A stretch of 64,000 nucleotides of DNA, from positions 8,704,001 to 8,768,000 of the forward strand of contig CP086569.2 in assembly GCA_009914755.4 (NCBI GenBank), written 5' to 3'. Source of the DNA: the human T2T-CHM13v2.0 reference genome, Homo sapiens. Shown in pieces: positions 1 to 10,780 of the stretch; within the stretch, counting starts at the first letter, position 1; each line of letters opens with the position of its first letter. Position numbers and translations under genes: made by a program. Under the pieces are notes generated by a model. It ran no database searches. It worked only from the letters and a program-made list of their open reading frames with translations, and was not told where the DNA came from.

Positions 1-16
1 ATATTTATCTAGTAGA

Positions 17-900
17 ATGGGAACTAGGGCAGAAAGAGCCTTCAAACCCTTAAAGCAGGCCCTAGCACAAGCTCCAGATTTAAGCCTTCCCACAGGACAA
101 AACTTCTCTTTGTACATCATAGAGAGAGCAGAGATAGCTCTTAGAGTCCTTAATCAGACTCGTGGGACAACCCCAAAACCAGTGGCATACCTAAGTAAGG
201 AAATTGATGTAGTAGCAAAAGGCTGGCCTCACTGTTTACAGGTGGTTGTGGTGGTGACTGTCTTAGTGTCAGAGGCTATCAAAATAATACAAGGAAAGGA
301 TCTCACTCTCTGGACTACTCATGATGTAAATGGCAGATGAGGTGCCAAAAGAAGTTTATGGTTATCAGACAATCACCTGCTTAGATACCAGGTGCTACTC
401 CTTGAGGGAATGTTGTTTCAAATATGCATGTTTTTGGCCCTCAACCCTGCTGTTTTTCTCCCAGAGAATGGGGAACCAATCGAGCATGACTGCCAACAGA
501 TTATAGTCCAGACTAATGCTGACCAAGATGATATCTTAGAAGTTTCCTTAGGTAATCATGACCTTAACATATTTACCAGTGGAAGTTCATTTGTGGAGAA
601 TGGGATACAAAGGGCACGTTATGCCATAATTAGTAATGTAACCATACTAGAAAGTAAGCCTCTTCCCCCAGGGACCAGCACCCCATTGGCAGAGCTAGTG
701 GCACTTACCTGAGCCTTAGAACTTAGAAAGAGAGAAAGAATAAATATGTATACAGATAGCAAGTATGCTTATCTAATCCTACATGCCTATGCTGCAATAT
801 AGAAAGAAAGGGAGTTCCTAACCTCTGAGGGAACCCCCATTAAATACCACAAAGAAATTATGGAGTTATTGCATGCAGTGCAAAAACCCAAGGAGGTGGC
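17..900 (+). pseudogene. Class I (gamma-like) ERV pol remnant: RT connection and RNase H region, frameshifted with stops
   Basis: ORFs 17-340 and 392-712 translate to the MLV-like pol motifs ...RPVAYLSKxxDxVAxGWPxCL... and ...PPGTSTPLAELVALT..RINMYTDSKYAY.. (RNase H), recognised from memory of gammaretroviral pol; broken by stop codons. Confidence 0.8.
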
Positions 901-954
901 AGTCTTACACTGCTGAAGCCATCAAAAAGGGGAAGGGGGGTGGAGAGCAGCAGC

Positions 955-1140
955 CCAAGTGGCTGGCAGAGTCAGGGAAAGACCAGCAGAAAGGAAAGAG
1001 AGAAAGAGATAGAAAGTGACAGAGAGAGAGAGGAAGTGACAGAGAGAAAGAGAGAGAGAGTCAGGGAGGAAGAGACAAAGAAGGACTCAGAAAAAGAGAA
1101 AGAGGGAAACAAACAAGAAGTCAAAGAGAAAGAAAGAGAT
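955..1140 (+). repeat. Purine-rich (GA/GAAA-type) simple repeat inside the ERV internal region
   Basis: agagagaaagagat... low-complexity tract; the ORF 940-1437 poly-E/R/K stretch is its translation. Confidence 0.8.
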
Positions 1141-1806
1141 GGAAGTGCTAAAGTAAAAGCAGTGTACCCTATTCCTTTAAAAGCCAGGATAAATTTCTGT
1201 CTAACCAGCCAAGGCATATTCTTCTTATGTGGATCTTCAACCTACATCTGCCTCTCAGACAGTTTTCAAGAAATAACAAAATCTATCCTTACTCTACCAT
1301 CCCAAATAGACTCTGTGGCAGCAATGACTCTCCAAAACCATCAAGGCCTAGACCTCCTCACTGCTGAGAAAGGAGGACTCTGCACCTTCTTAGGGGAAGA
1401 GAGTTGTTTTTACACTAACCAGCCAGGGATAGTATGAGACAATGACCGGTGTTTACAAGAAAAGGCTTCTGAAATCATACAACAGATTTCAGACTCTTGT
1501 ACCAACCTCTGGAGTTGGGCATCATGGCTTCTACCCTTTCTAGGTCCTGTGACAGCCATCTTGATATTAGTAACCTTTGCATCCTGTATTTTTAACCTCC
1601 TTGTCAAATTTATTTCCTCTAGGATCAAGGCCATCAACCTACAGAGGGTCTTACAACTAAAACCTCAAATGAGCTCAACTAACAACTTCTACCACAGATC
1701 CCTGGATCAACCCACAGGTCCTTTCACTGTCCTAAAGAGTTCCCCTGTGGGGGATATTACAAATGCAGGGCCCCTTCTTTGCACCTATCTAGCAGGAAGT
1801 AGCTAG
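1140..1806 (+). pseudogene. Class I ERV env transmembrane (TM) subunit remnant
   Basis: Translation contains QNHQGLDLLTAEKGGLCTFLGEESCFY (immunosuppressive-domain/CX6C-like motif) followed by a hydrophobic membrane anchor, LLPFLGPVTAILILVTFASCIFNLLVKFISSRI. Confidence 0.75.
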
Positions 1807-1861
1807 AGCAGTCATTGCCCTATTCCCAACAACATTTGGGGTGTCCTCTTTAGAGGGGGGG

Positions 1862-2528
1862 GTTGAGAAGTGAAACAAGCAGGACTTCCTGGTTGGAGTG
1901 GGGACTTGGAGAACTTTTCTGTCTAGCTAAAGGATTGTAAATGCACCAATCAGCACTATGTAGAAACACACCAGTCAGCACTCTGTGTCTAGCTAAAGGT
2001 TTGTAAATGCACCAATCAGCACTCTGTAAAGTGGACCAATCAGCATGATGTGGGTGGGGACAAATAAGGGAATAAAAGCTGGCCACCCCAGCCAATAGTG
2101 GCAACCCACTCAGGTCTAGTTCCATGCTGTGGAAGCTTTGTTCTTTTACTCTTCATAATAAATCTTGGAGATGCTCACTCTTTGGTTCCACATTGCCTTT
2201 AAGAGCTGTAACACTCACTGTGAGGGTCTGTGGCTTCATTCCTGAAGACAGTGAGACCACAAACCCACTGGGAAGAATAAGCAACTCTGGACATGCCACC
2301 TTTAAGGGCTGTAACATTCAATGTGAAGGTCTGTGGCTTCACTCCTGAAGACAGTAAGACCATGAACCCACCGGAAGAAAGAAACTCCACACACATCGGA
2401 ACATCTGAAGGAACAAACTCCAGACACATCATCTTTAAGAACTGTAACATGCTCTGTGAGGGTCTGTGGCTTCATTCTTGAAGTCAGTGAGACCAAGAAC
2501 CTAGTGGAAAGAACCAATTCTGGACACA
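1862..2528 (+). mobile_element. 3' LTR of the upstream provirus, ERV9/LTR12-like: U3 with CCAAT-containing tandem repeats, then about 3 tandem ~75-90 bp repeats
   Basis: Polypurine tract agagggggggg lies immediately upstream at 1851-1861. Repeated gcaccaatcagcactctgt units with a gtgggtgggga motif at 1930-2060. Three tandem copies of gctgtaacactcactgtgagggtctgtggcttcattcctgaagacagtgagaccacaaacccac at about 2190-2510. The LTR ends in ccaattctggacaca. Family assignment (ERV9 LTR12) is from memory of its U3 enhancer repeats and was not checked against a database. Confidence 0.6.
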
Positions 2529-4424
2529 GCTTCCCACTGAGCTTACAACAAGGACCATAGAACTCAACATGGCTGCAGATCCCAAGTGGTCCTGCCTGTT
2601 GCCCTCTCCCATTTAGTCTGCTCAACTGTTTGCAGCCTCATCTGCTCCCACTTTGGGGGCTCTTGATTGTCTTGGGGATTTTGTGTGCATCCTCAATCCA
2701 TTCACCCAGTGCCCACCCTTACCTAATTTATCTAATTTCCTAGGGATTTATCCAACTGAATCCTTAAAGTCACATCAGTTGTGATATCTAACTGTAGAAA
2801 AGTTAATAATGTAATGTTTCTAAAGATAAAGAAATGATTTGTTATTTGTTAGATCATTGATGAGATCACTCTCAATTTAGAAATCAAGAAAATAATAGTA
2901 AATAAAATAAAAGCCCATGTTTGGGATAATAGGTAAAAAAAAGGCTCAGTGCTGAAGACAAATGACAAGACTGATTATTGAAATAACATAAGAATTTATT
3001 GGAGAGACTATTACCTTCCTATATTTTCCAACTGTGTGTTACTACTTACAAGATATTTTATGTTTAAATACTTATATTTTATGTAGTCCATCAATGCAGT
3101 TAACTGATGAAAAGTCCTAGCCCACATCATGATAATCTACATAAATGGTTCTAAACATCCTTAACTGTATAACCTAAAGTAATAAAGTAAGCCTAGACAT
3201 TTAAGCAGGTGAATTATTAATATTTATATATTGAAATTCTGAGAAGGAATGTAAGTATGTCACAGCTCTGGTACAGGACTTGGGACAGTTGTGTAACCAT
3301 GCACCCCATGAACTTAAGGCTCTCTCTTTTACTTCCTACTGGATGGCAAATTCTTAACCGATGGAGACTGAGGGGCAAACTGTCACCTTTATTGGAAACT
3401 CTAGTTAAGCAGAAAAGTCTTCATTTCAGAACATCCTTTCCTGTCAGGTATTTTCTTTTCTCATCCACGGAAACCTGCTACCCAGCCATATTATTACTTT
3501 GACTCAACCTCAGGTGGAGCTAGACAGGACCAATTTTACAACACAGAATCCCATAACTATGAGAAAAGCTAACATATGAAACACTTCATGGTGTAAAACT
3601 TAAATATTTTACTGTTTATCTTTTTATGTAGTTGTTTTCTCTTGCATTTATTTTTGGTGAAGTAAATAAAGTGCAAATCTTCCTTTTTGTGGCATGTCTT
3701 TTCACTTTCTTGATACCGTCTTTCAATGCAAAATATGTTTTATTTTGAGGGAATTTTTTCTTTAGTTGGCTGTATCAGATCTAAGATTTTTGTATCAGAT
3801 CTAAGTCCTAGGTTATGAAGAAGTATCCCTAAGTTTTATTCTAGAGTTTATGTTTTTACCTTTAATAGGTAGGCTTTTGAACCATTGACTGATGAGGAAA
3901 AGATACAATTTTTTTTCTGAATGTGGTTAGTTTGTTGTCTAACAGCATTTGTTGAATTTTATGGTCTTGACTGAATTACAAAATCAATTGACCATAGAGG
4001 TATAGTTGGACTTGACATTCAGTTTCATTGATCTCTATGTGTGTCCTTATGCCAATATTATGCTGTTTTTCTTACTGTTGCTTTTCAGTAATATTTGAAA
4101 TTGAGAAATGTGAGACTCCAAGTTGGTTTTTGTTTTCAAGATTATTTTCACTATTCAGGGTCACTTGAAATTTATATGAATGTTAGGACTGGCTTGCCCT
4201 TTCTGTCAAAATAACTTTGGTATTTTCATAGAAATCACAATGAATTTCTAGATTGCTTTGTGTACTATTGTCATCTTAAAAAAATTATCTTCTAATCCAG
4301 AAACATGGAATGTCTTCACATCTATTCACAGATTCTGGAATTTATTTCAGCAATATTTTGTAATTTTCCATGTCTAAGTCTTGCTCCTTGGTTAAATTTA
4401 TTCTTAAAATATTATTACTGTTGT

Positions 4425-4612
4425 TGTTTTTTTTGTTTTATTTTTTGAGACAGAGTCTTATTCTGTTGCCCAGGCAGGAACGTGGTAATGTGATCATAGC
4501 TCACTGCACCTTTGAACACTTTAGCTCAGGTGGTCCTTCCACATTGGCCTCCCAAGTTACTGGAATTACAGGTGTATATGACTACACCCAACCCATTTTT
4601 TTTTTTTTTTGC
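4425..4612 (-). mobile_element. Alu fragment, right monomer region
   Basis: ttttttgagacagagtcttattctgttgcccaggcagg...cctcccaagttactggaattacaggtg matches the reverse complement of the Alu consensus; T-runs at both ends. Confidence 0.8.
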
Positions 4613-4899
4613 TGTTTTTAAGGATGAAAAGATGCTTTGCTTTATAATCAATGAAAACATAGTACTTTTAATTGCCCAAAAGTCATAATGCACAAGAACT
4701 CTAAGTTGTATAGTTAACTTCTGGACCATCTGGGTAAAGTTCAAGTGCTTCTTCAAAATTTGTACCTGATAATCTTCCCAAATTGTCCTTAAAGTTCTTA
4801 AATTGTAGCAGTAAAAATAATGACAAGACCAGACACATTTAAACAATACTAAAATTTTTCCAAGGACATAAGAAATTTTAACTCTTATACTGTTTGTTT

Positions 4900-5160
4900 C
4901 TGTGTTTGTTTGTTTGTTTTTTGAGACAGGGTCTCACTCTGTTCCCCAGGCTGGATGCAATGTGCCATCATGGCTCACTGCAACCTCTTACTCTACGGTT
5001 CAATTGATCCTTCTGCTTTAGACTCAGCCACCAACCTGGCCCATTTTAATTTTTTTGTAGAGAAAAGGATGTACCCTGTTGGCTGGGCTCATCTCAAATG
5101 TCTGAGCTCAACTCATCTGACAACCTTGAACTCCCAAAGTGCTGGGATTATAGGCATTGA
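4900..5160 (-). mobile_element. Alu, old and divergent
   Basis: tttgagacagggtctcactctgttccccaggctgga...ctcccaaagtgctgggattataggc. Confidence 0.85.
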
Positions 5161-6926
5161 CAAAATGTTTATTACGTCAGGGTCAGTTAAAAAAATCTAT
5201 TTTTTGGCTAAGTTATAAATATACTTATAATGCAATTATTTGTGTAACTCCAGCAATGCTATGGGCAGCTACAAAATCAAAATAGTCTTTTAAAAAAACA
5301 CTAAAAATATCAAAACACCTAGCCCCATTATTTAGTTGTAGAAGAGGTTCATTTATGTCTAATTTTCAGCATTTTCATGTCGTTATTGCTGATTTCAAAA
5401 GCCATATCCAATGGGTAAGGCAAAAGGACCTATGAATTGAGATACTTGTTTATTTCTCAGTTTGTGAAAATCTCCTTAAATTGCTGAGATTGTAAACAAA
5501 TTTAAACTCTATTATGCAAAAAACAGAAGACAATCTTCTTTGTCATTAATTTTGCAGCTACATTGCATACAAGATATGTACTATCTATGAAAAAATACAA
5601 ACTCAACTACAGGTCTTAAACACTGAAAAGAGTTGCCAGTTGATTATAATTTATTTTGTTATATCAATCTAATGTATTTATGTACAATTCGTTGTATTTA
5701 TATAGAATCTGGAAAGTTCACAGCCATCAGCAGTTCTGCAGTTTCAGGTGAAATGGGAATTCAGGAATCTCTGTGGAACTGTGGGTGTAGTGAAATGTGT
5801 AGGTAAAATATTTGCATGCTTTTGGAAGCATTTGTGAAGGGATGTATTTCAAATTGACCTCAACTGTGTCTTTCTCAGCAAAATGATCTGGGACACTCAA
5901 CAAGGGTTTCATTGTTTCTGATGTTTGTGCACGTTCTTCTTTTTACAAGAAATTCAGGGCTCAGAAGATATCCATTTGACATCATGGCATTAGAGCTTTC
6001 ACAACCACTGTAGGTTTTCTCTTCTTCATACATTATGGTTTCAAGTAATTTTATTCTGATTTCCCGGGAGCTTGAAAGGTTTCTGTTTAGCCCCACAGGC
6101 ACTGCAGGGAGGTCCCAATATAGCAGCAAAATGGTTAATTTCTAGCGTACAGAGAAAGATTTTTTGTGTTGATATTTTGTTGTGCTACCTTGCTTAATTT
6201 GTTCACTAGATTTTATAATTTCTTGTTGGTTCCTCCTGGTTTTCTGTGTAGGAGATCTGTGAGTAGTTTTACTTCTTCTTTATACATATGAGTGGCTTTG
6301 TATATATATTTCTTTTCAAATTATTCTAGTGGAACTTTTAGTACAGTGTTGAATACAGTGATGAGAGTGAGCATCAGTGCTGTTCCTCATCTTAAAACTT
6401 TGGTTCCCAACAATTCAGATGATGATTGTTATGGGTTTTGCATAAGGACATTTTGTTATGTGAAAAAATTTGAAACACTGTTTATCGGATTTTGTTATTA
6501 TTAAAATATTTTGACTATCTTTGTGTACTTTCTGAAACAGTTGAGACAAAAGTGATGTTTTTCCATCAGTTACTTTGCATAGTATATCGAAAAGGGATGG
6601 GTTTAGAATGGTGAGAAACCCTTGACTGGCTGAAAAAAGAACTTAATAATTGTGATGTATAATGTTTTCACTATGTACCAAATTCCATGTACTCTTATTT
6701 GGTTAAATATTATGATGTCTATAATTATCAAATTTATTAACATTTAGTTTTTTTCTCCTACTGATACCATATGTTTAATTTAATACACAGTTGGGGTTAG
6801 AAAAAGATATGGTTTGGTGTAATATCATGGGTATTAGGGGTCAGAGTTTTGAGTTGTAGAGGATGTATTTAATATTTTTTGAAGCACGATGGGCAAATAT
6901 TAAGGATAGGATAGAATTTGGGGATT

Positions 6927-7214
6927 AAGCTGGGCTCGGTGGCCCATGTCTATAATCCCAGCAGTTTGGAAGGCCATGGTGGGCAGTTCAGGAGGTCAAG
7001 AGATCAAAACAATTTGGTAAACATGGTGAAACCCCGTCACTACTCAAAATACAAGAAAAAAATTAGCTGGGGTTGGTGACACGTGCCTGTATTCCCAGCT
7101 ACTCAGGAGGCTGAGGCAGGAGAATCACTTGAACCTGTGAGGCAGAGGTTGCAGTAAGCTGAGGTCATGCCACAGCACCCCAGCCTGGCAACAGAGGGAG
7201 ACTCCGTCTCAAAG
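6927..7214 (+). mobile_element. Alu (AluS-like), full length
   Basis: ggctgggctcggtggcccatgtctataatcccagcagtttggaagg...gagactccgtctcaaag. Confidence 0.9.
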
Positions 7215-7555
7215 AAAAAAGAGAGAGAAGAAAGAAGAAGAAGAAGAAGAAGAAGAAGAAGAAGAAGAAGAAGAAGAAGAAGAAGAAGAAGAAGAAGAAG
7301 AAGAAGAAGAAGGAGGAGGAGGAGGAGGAGGAGGAGGAGGAGGAGAAGGAGGAGAGGAAGAGACGAAGAAGAAGAAGAAGAAGAAGAAGAAGAAGAAGAA
7401 GAAGAAGAAGAAGAAGAAGAGGAAGAGGAAGAGGAAGAAGGAGAAGGAGAAGAAGAAGAAGAAGAAGAAGAAGAAGAAGAAGAAGAAGAAGAAGAAGAAG
7501 AAGAAGAAGAGAAGAAGAAGAAGAAGAAGAAGAAGAAGAAGAAGAAGAAGAAGAA

Positions 7556-7587
<32 letters not shown>

Positions 7588-7590
7588 AAG
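7215..7590 (+). repeat. (GAA)n microsatellite, about 125 triplets with GGA/GAG/AGA interruptions, expanded from the Alu A-tail
   Basis: Continuous gaagaagaa... with blocks of ggaggagga and a terminal A-rich run. ORF 7167-7604 (poly-R/E/K) is its translation. Confidence 0.95.
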
Positions 7591-7599
7591 ATTTTGGGA

Positions 7600-10500
7600 A
7601 TTAGGGATGGGGTTTACAATTGCAGAACAAGGTTTAGGATTACATTGTGAGGTAGGGCTGAGGTTGGGATAGGGGTTAGTACAGTGGTAGGATTAGCTTT
7701 AGAGTTAGAGTTAGGGTCAGGGTTAGGTGTTAGGGTTAGACGTTAGAATCAGTGTTAGAAGTTAGGTTTGGGATTGGGTTATGCTTAGGGTTAAGGTAAA
7801 AATGTAGGCATACAGAAGGGTGTTAGGCATTAGGGTCATGGCCTGGATTAGGATTAGTGTTAAGCTTTATGTAGAGGGTAAGGGTTAGAGGGGTTGTGTT
7901 AGGGTTAGTGTTTGCTTAAGCTTTAGGGTTAGAATTTACCATTAGGATTACTGTTTAGGGTTACATTTAGATTTAGGTTTGGGGTTGAGGATTGGGGTTT
8001 AAGGTTAGGGTTAGCATTTATCATTTATGTTTATGGTTATGGTTAGGTGTAAGATTTACTGTTAGGAATATGGCTAGGGTTTTGGATTTAGGGCTGGCAT
8101 GACTGTTAGGGCTGGGTTAGGGTTAGGGTTAGTCGTCATGGTTAGTGTTACAGTTAGGGTTGGGTTTAGAGTTTAGGAGTAGGGTTAGGGTTTATGGTTA
8201 GGGGACAGTTAGGTGTTAGGGTTAGTGATTAGCATTTACCACTAGGGATAGCATTAAGGTATTTCTAGGGTTAGGGGCAAAGATTAAGGTTAGGTTTATG
8301 GTTTAGGGTTAGTTTGGATTAGGGTTTTGGTCTAGGTTTAGGGGTAGGTGTTGGCTTAGGGGTTAGGTTAAAGATTACAGTTTGGGTTTAGTGTTCTGTG
8401 TAAGAGTTACGGTTTGGTTTTATTGCTAGGTTTAAGATTATGTTAGGAGTATGTTAGTATTAGTGTTAAGATTAGGGGTTTTGGATCAGTATTAGTGTTA
8501 GGGTTATGGGATGTAGTTAAAGTTTTTTTCAGTGTTTTTGGGATTTTGTATTTTACAGTTAGAATTAGAGTTAGATTTAGGCATTAGAGTTAGGTTTCGG
8601 GTTAGTGTCTTAGGCTTAATCTTAGGTTTAGGATTCAGAATAATTGTTATGCTTAGGATAAGCCTTAGGTTTCGGTTTTAGGATTGTGGTTAAGTGTTTG
8701 GTTTAGTATTAGGGTTTAGGGTTAGGGTCAGGGGTTAGGATTAGTGTTGGTGTTTAGTATTAGTGTTCAGGTTGGTTTTGGGTTTTTTTGTTGTTGTCTG
8801 GCTATTGTTAGGATTGTGGATATGGGTTAAGATTTGGGCTAGTGTTGGGTCTGGTTTAAGGCTTGGGTTTAATTTTTAATATTAGGGGTAGGCGTTAGAG
8901 CTTGTTTTATGTTTAGGGTATTGTTTAGCATTAGTGTTATTATTAAGGTTAGAATATAGGCTTAAGGTCCTGTGTTTAAGGGAGGGTATGATTTAGGTTT
9001 ATAAACCGGGTTGGTGTTGGTGTAGGGGTAGGGTTAAAGTTGGGGTATCAGGGTTAGGATTTCGGTAAGGGTTATGTTTGAGGTTAGGGTTGGTGTTAGT
9101 CTTACAGTCAGGGTTAAAGTTCAGGGTTACTGTTAGAGTTGGGTTAAGGTTAGGGGTTACAGTTAGTGTTGGGTTAAGGTGTAGGGTAAGGGTTAGGATT
9201 TATGGTTGAAATTTAAGTTCAAGATTAGAGTTATGGTTCATGATGAGCATTAGAGTTTAAGATTAGTGTTAGGGATCAGCATTTGTGATAAGGTTAGTGT
9301 TAGGAACTAGTGTTATATTTAGTGTTTAGGATGAGAATTAAGAGTTACAGTCAGCCTTTATGGTTTAGGGTTAGGGTTATGGTTAGCTTTCAGGCTTTAC
9401 AGTTTGGGTCATGCCTTAGGTTTAATTTTAGGGTTAAGTTAAGAGTTAGTTTAGTTTTAGTGTTAGGGTTCAGTTTTTATGGTTTTCCAATTAGAGTTAG
9501 GGTTATTGTTAGGCTTATGTTTTGGGGTCAGGGTTATGTTTAGTGTTTTAGGGTTTTATAGTCAGAGTTTCATTTAAGGATTATGGTTTTGTTTTGGGTT
9601 AGGGTTTCAAGGTTAGGATTAGGGTTAGGCATTAGGGTTAGTATTTAGGGTAAGGGTGAGGATTAGGTTATTGGATATGGTAAATTGTAGGTTTAGGATT
9701 ATTGTTAGGGTCAGATGGTTTTGTTTAGGTCTTAAGATTAGGGTTAGTTCTAGGATTTAGGATTAGTCTCAGGGTTTAGTGTTAGGGTTAGGGCTTATTT
9801 TTAGTATTTGGGTTTTTATTGAGTTTGACGTTCCGTGTCTTAGTTTTATGGTGAGAGCCTGGGGTTAGGATTAGGTTTAAGTTTAGAATTATTGTATAAG
9901 GTCATTATTAGAGTTATGGTGGTGGCAGGGTTAGGCTTTATGGTTTTGGTTATGGTTAGTGTTTAGGTTTAGGTTAAGGGGTTAAGGTTATGTTCAATAT
10001 TATGATTACAGTTAGGGTTAGCATTATTGGTTAGGGTTAGTGTTAGGTTTATGGTTAGGGTAGATATTTGGGTAACATTAGGGTTAAAGTCACTGTTAGT
10101 GGTTAGGCTCAGGGCTAGGGTTTAATTTTAGGTTTAGGTTTAGGGTTGGTCTAAGGATTAGTACTAGAATTATGGATTGGGTTTAGGTAACAAGGTTAGG
10201 TTTGGCTTTGGGTTTGAGGTTGGTGTAGGTGTAGGTTTAGGGTAATGTTTAGGGCTAGAATTAGAGTTGTGGGGTTAGCATTAGAGGCTAGTGTTAGTCT
10301 TAGGTTAGTGTTAGTGTCAGGTTTGGGATTCAGGTTTAGTGGCTAGGGTAGAATTAAGTGTTAGGGGTTATGGTTAGTGTTAGGGGTAGGATTTTAGTGC
10401 TAGTATTAGGTTTTAAGGGAGTATTGGTAGAGATGGGTTAGTTATTGTTTTATGGTTAGGGTTAGTTTTTTGGGGTTAGGGTTTGGGTTTTATGGTTGGG

Positions 10501-10780
10501 TTTTGGGTTCAGTTCATGGTATGTTTGGGTTGCTGCTGAGTTATGGTTATTATCAGGGTCAGGGTCAGGTTCAGGTGTCAGCATTAGGATTTAGTGTTGG
10601 GATTGGGTTTTGGTTTTTGGTTTGTGTGAGGGGTTAGGCATTAAGATTAGGCATAGTGTTGATGTTGGGGTTGAGGTTGGAGTTTAGGCTTGCTGTTAGA
10701 TCTAGGGTTTTTTGGTTAGGTTTAGGGGTAGGGGTTGGGGTAAGGTTAATGTTACAGTTAGGTTTAGGGTTAGGGTAGTC
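7600..10780 (+). repeat. Highly degenerate (TTAGGG)n-like satellite, G-strand on +, about 3.2 kb
   Basis: Near-exclusive G/T/A composition with very few C. Dominated by gttagg/gggtta hexamer variants such as ttagggttagggttagt. Ends in ggtttagggttagggtag, followed by an abrupt switch to unique sequence. Confidence 0.85.

Noticed and set aside
2124-2481. Two similar 62-74 aa ORFs (..LRAVT..V.VCGF.PEDS.T.NP..), suggestive of a duplicated small gene
   Set aside because: They are reading-frame artefacts of the tandem roughly 80 bp repeats in the LTR12-like R/U5 region.
7167-7604. 145 aa ORF encoding poly-Arg/Glu/Lys
   Set aside because: It is a direct translation of the (GAA)n/(GGA)n microsatellite in one frame. 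It has no start context or codon complexity and is a repeat artefact.
9310-10637. ORFs 9310-9543 and 10452-10637 (V/R/L/G/F-rich peptides)
   Set aside because: These are translations of the degenerate TTAGGG-like array. They are stop-free only because the repeat lacks TAA/TAG/TGA in that frame, so they are not coding.
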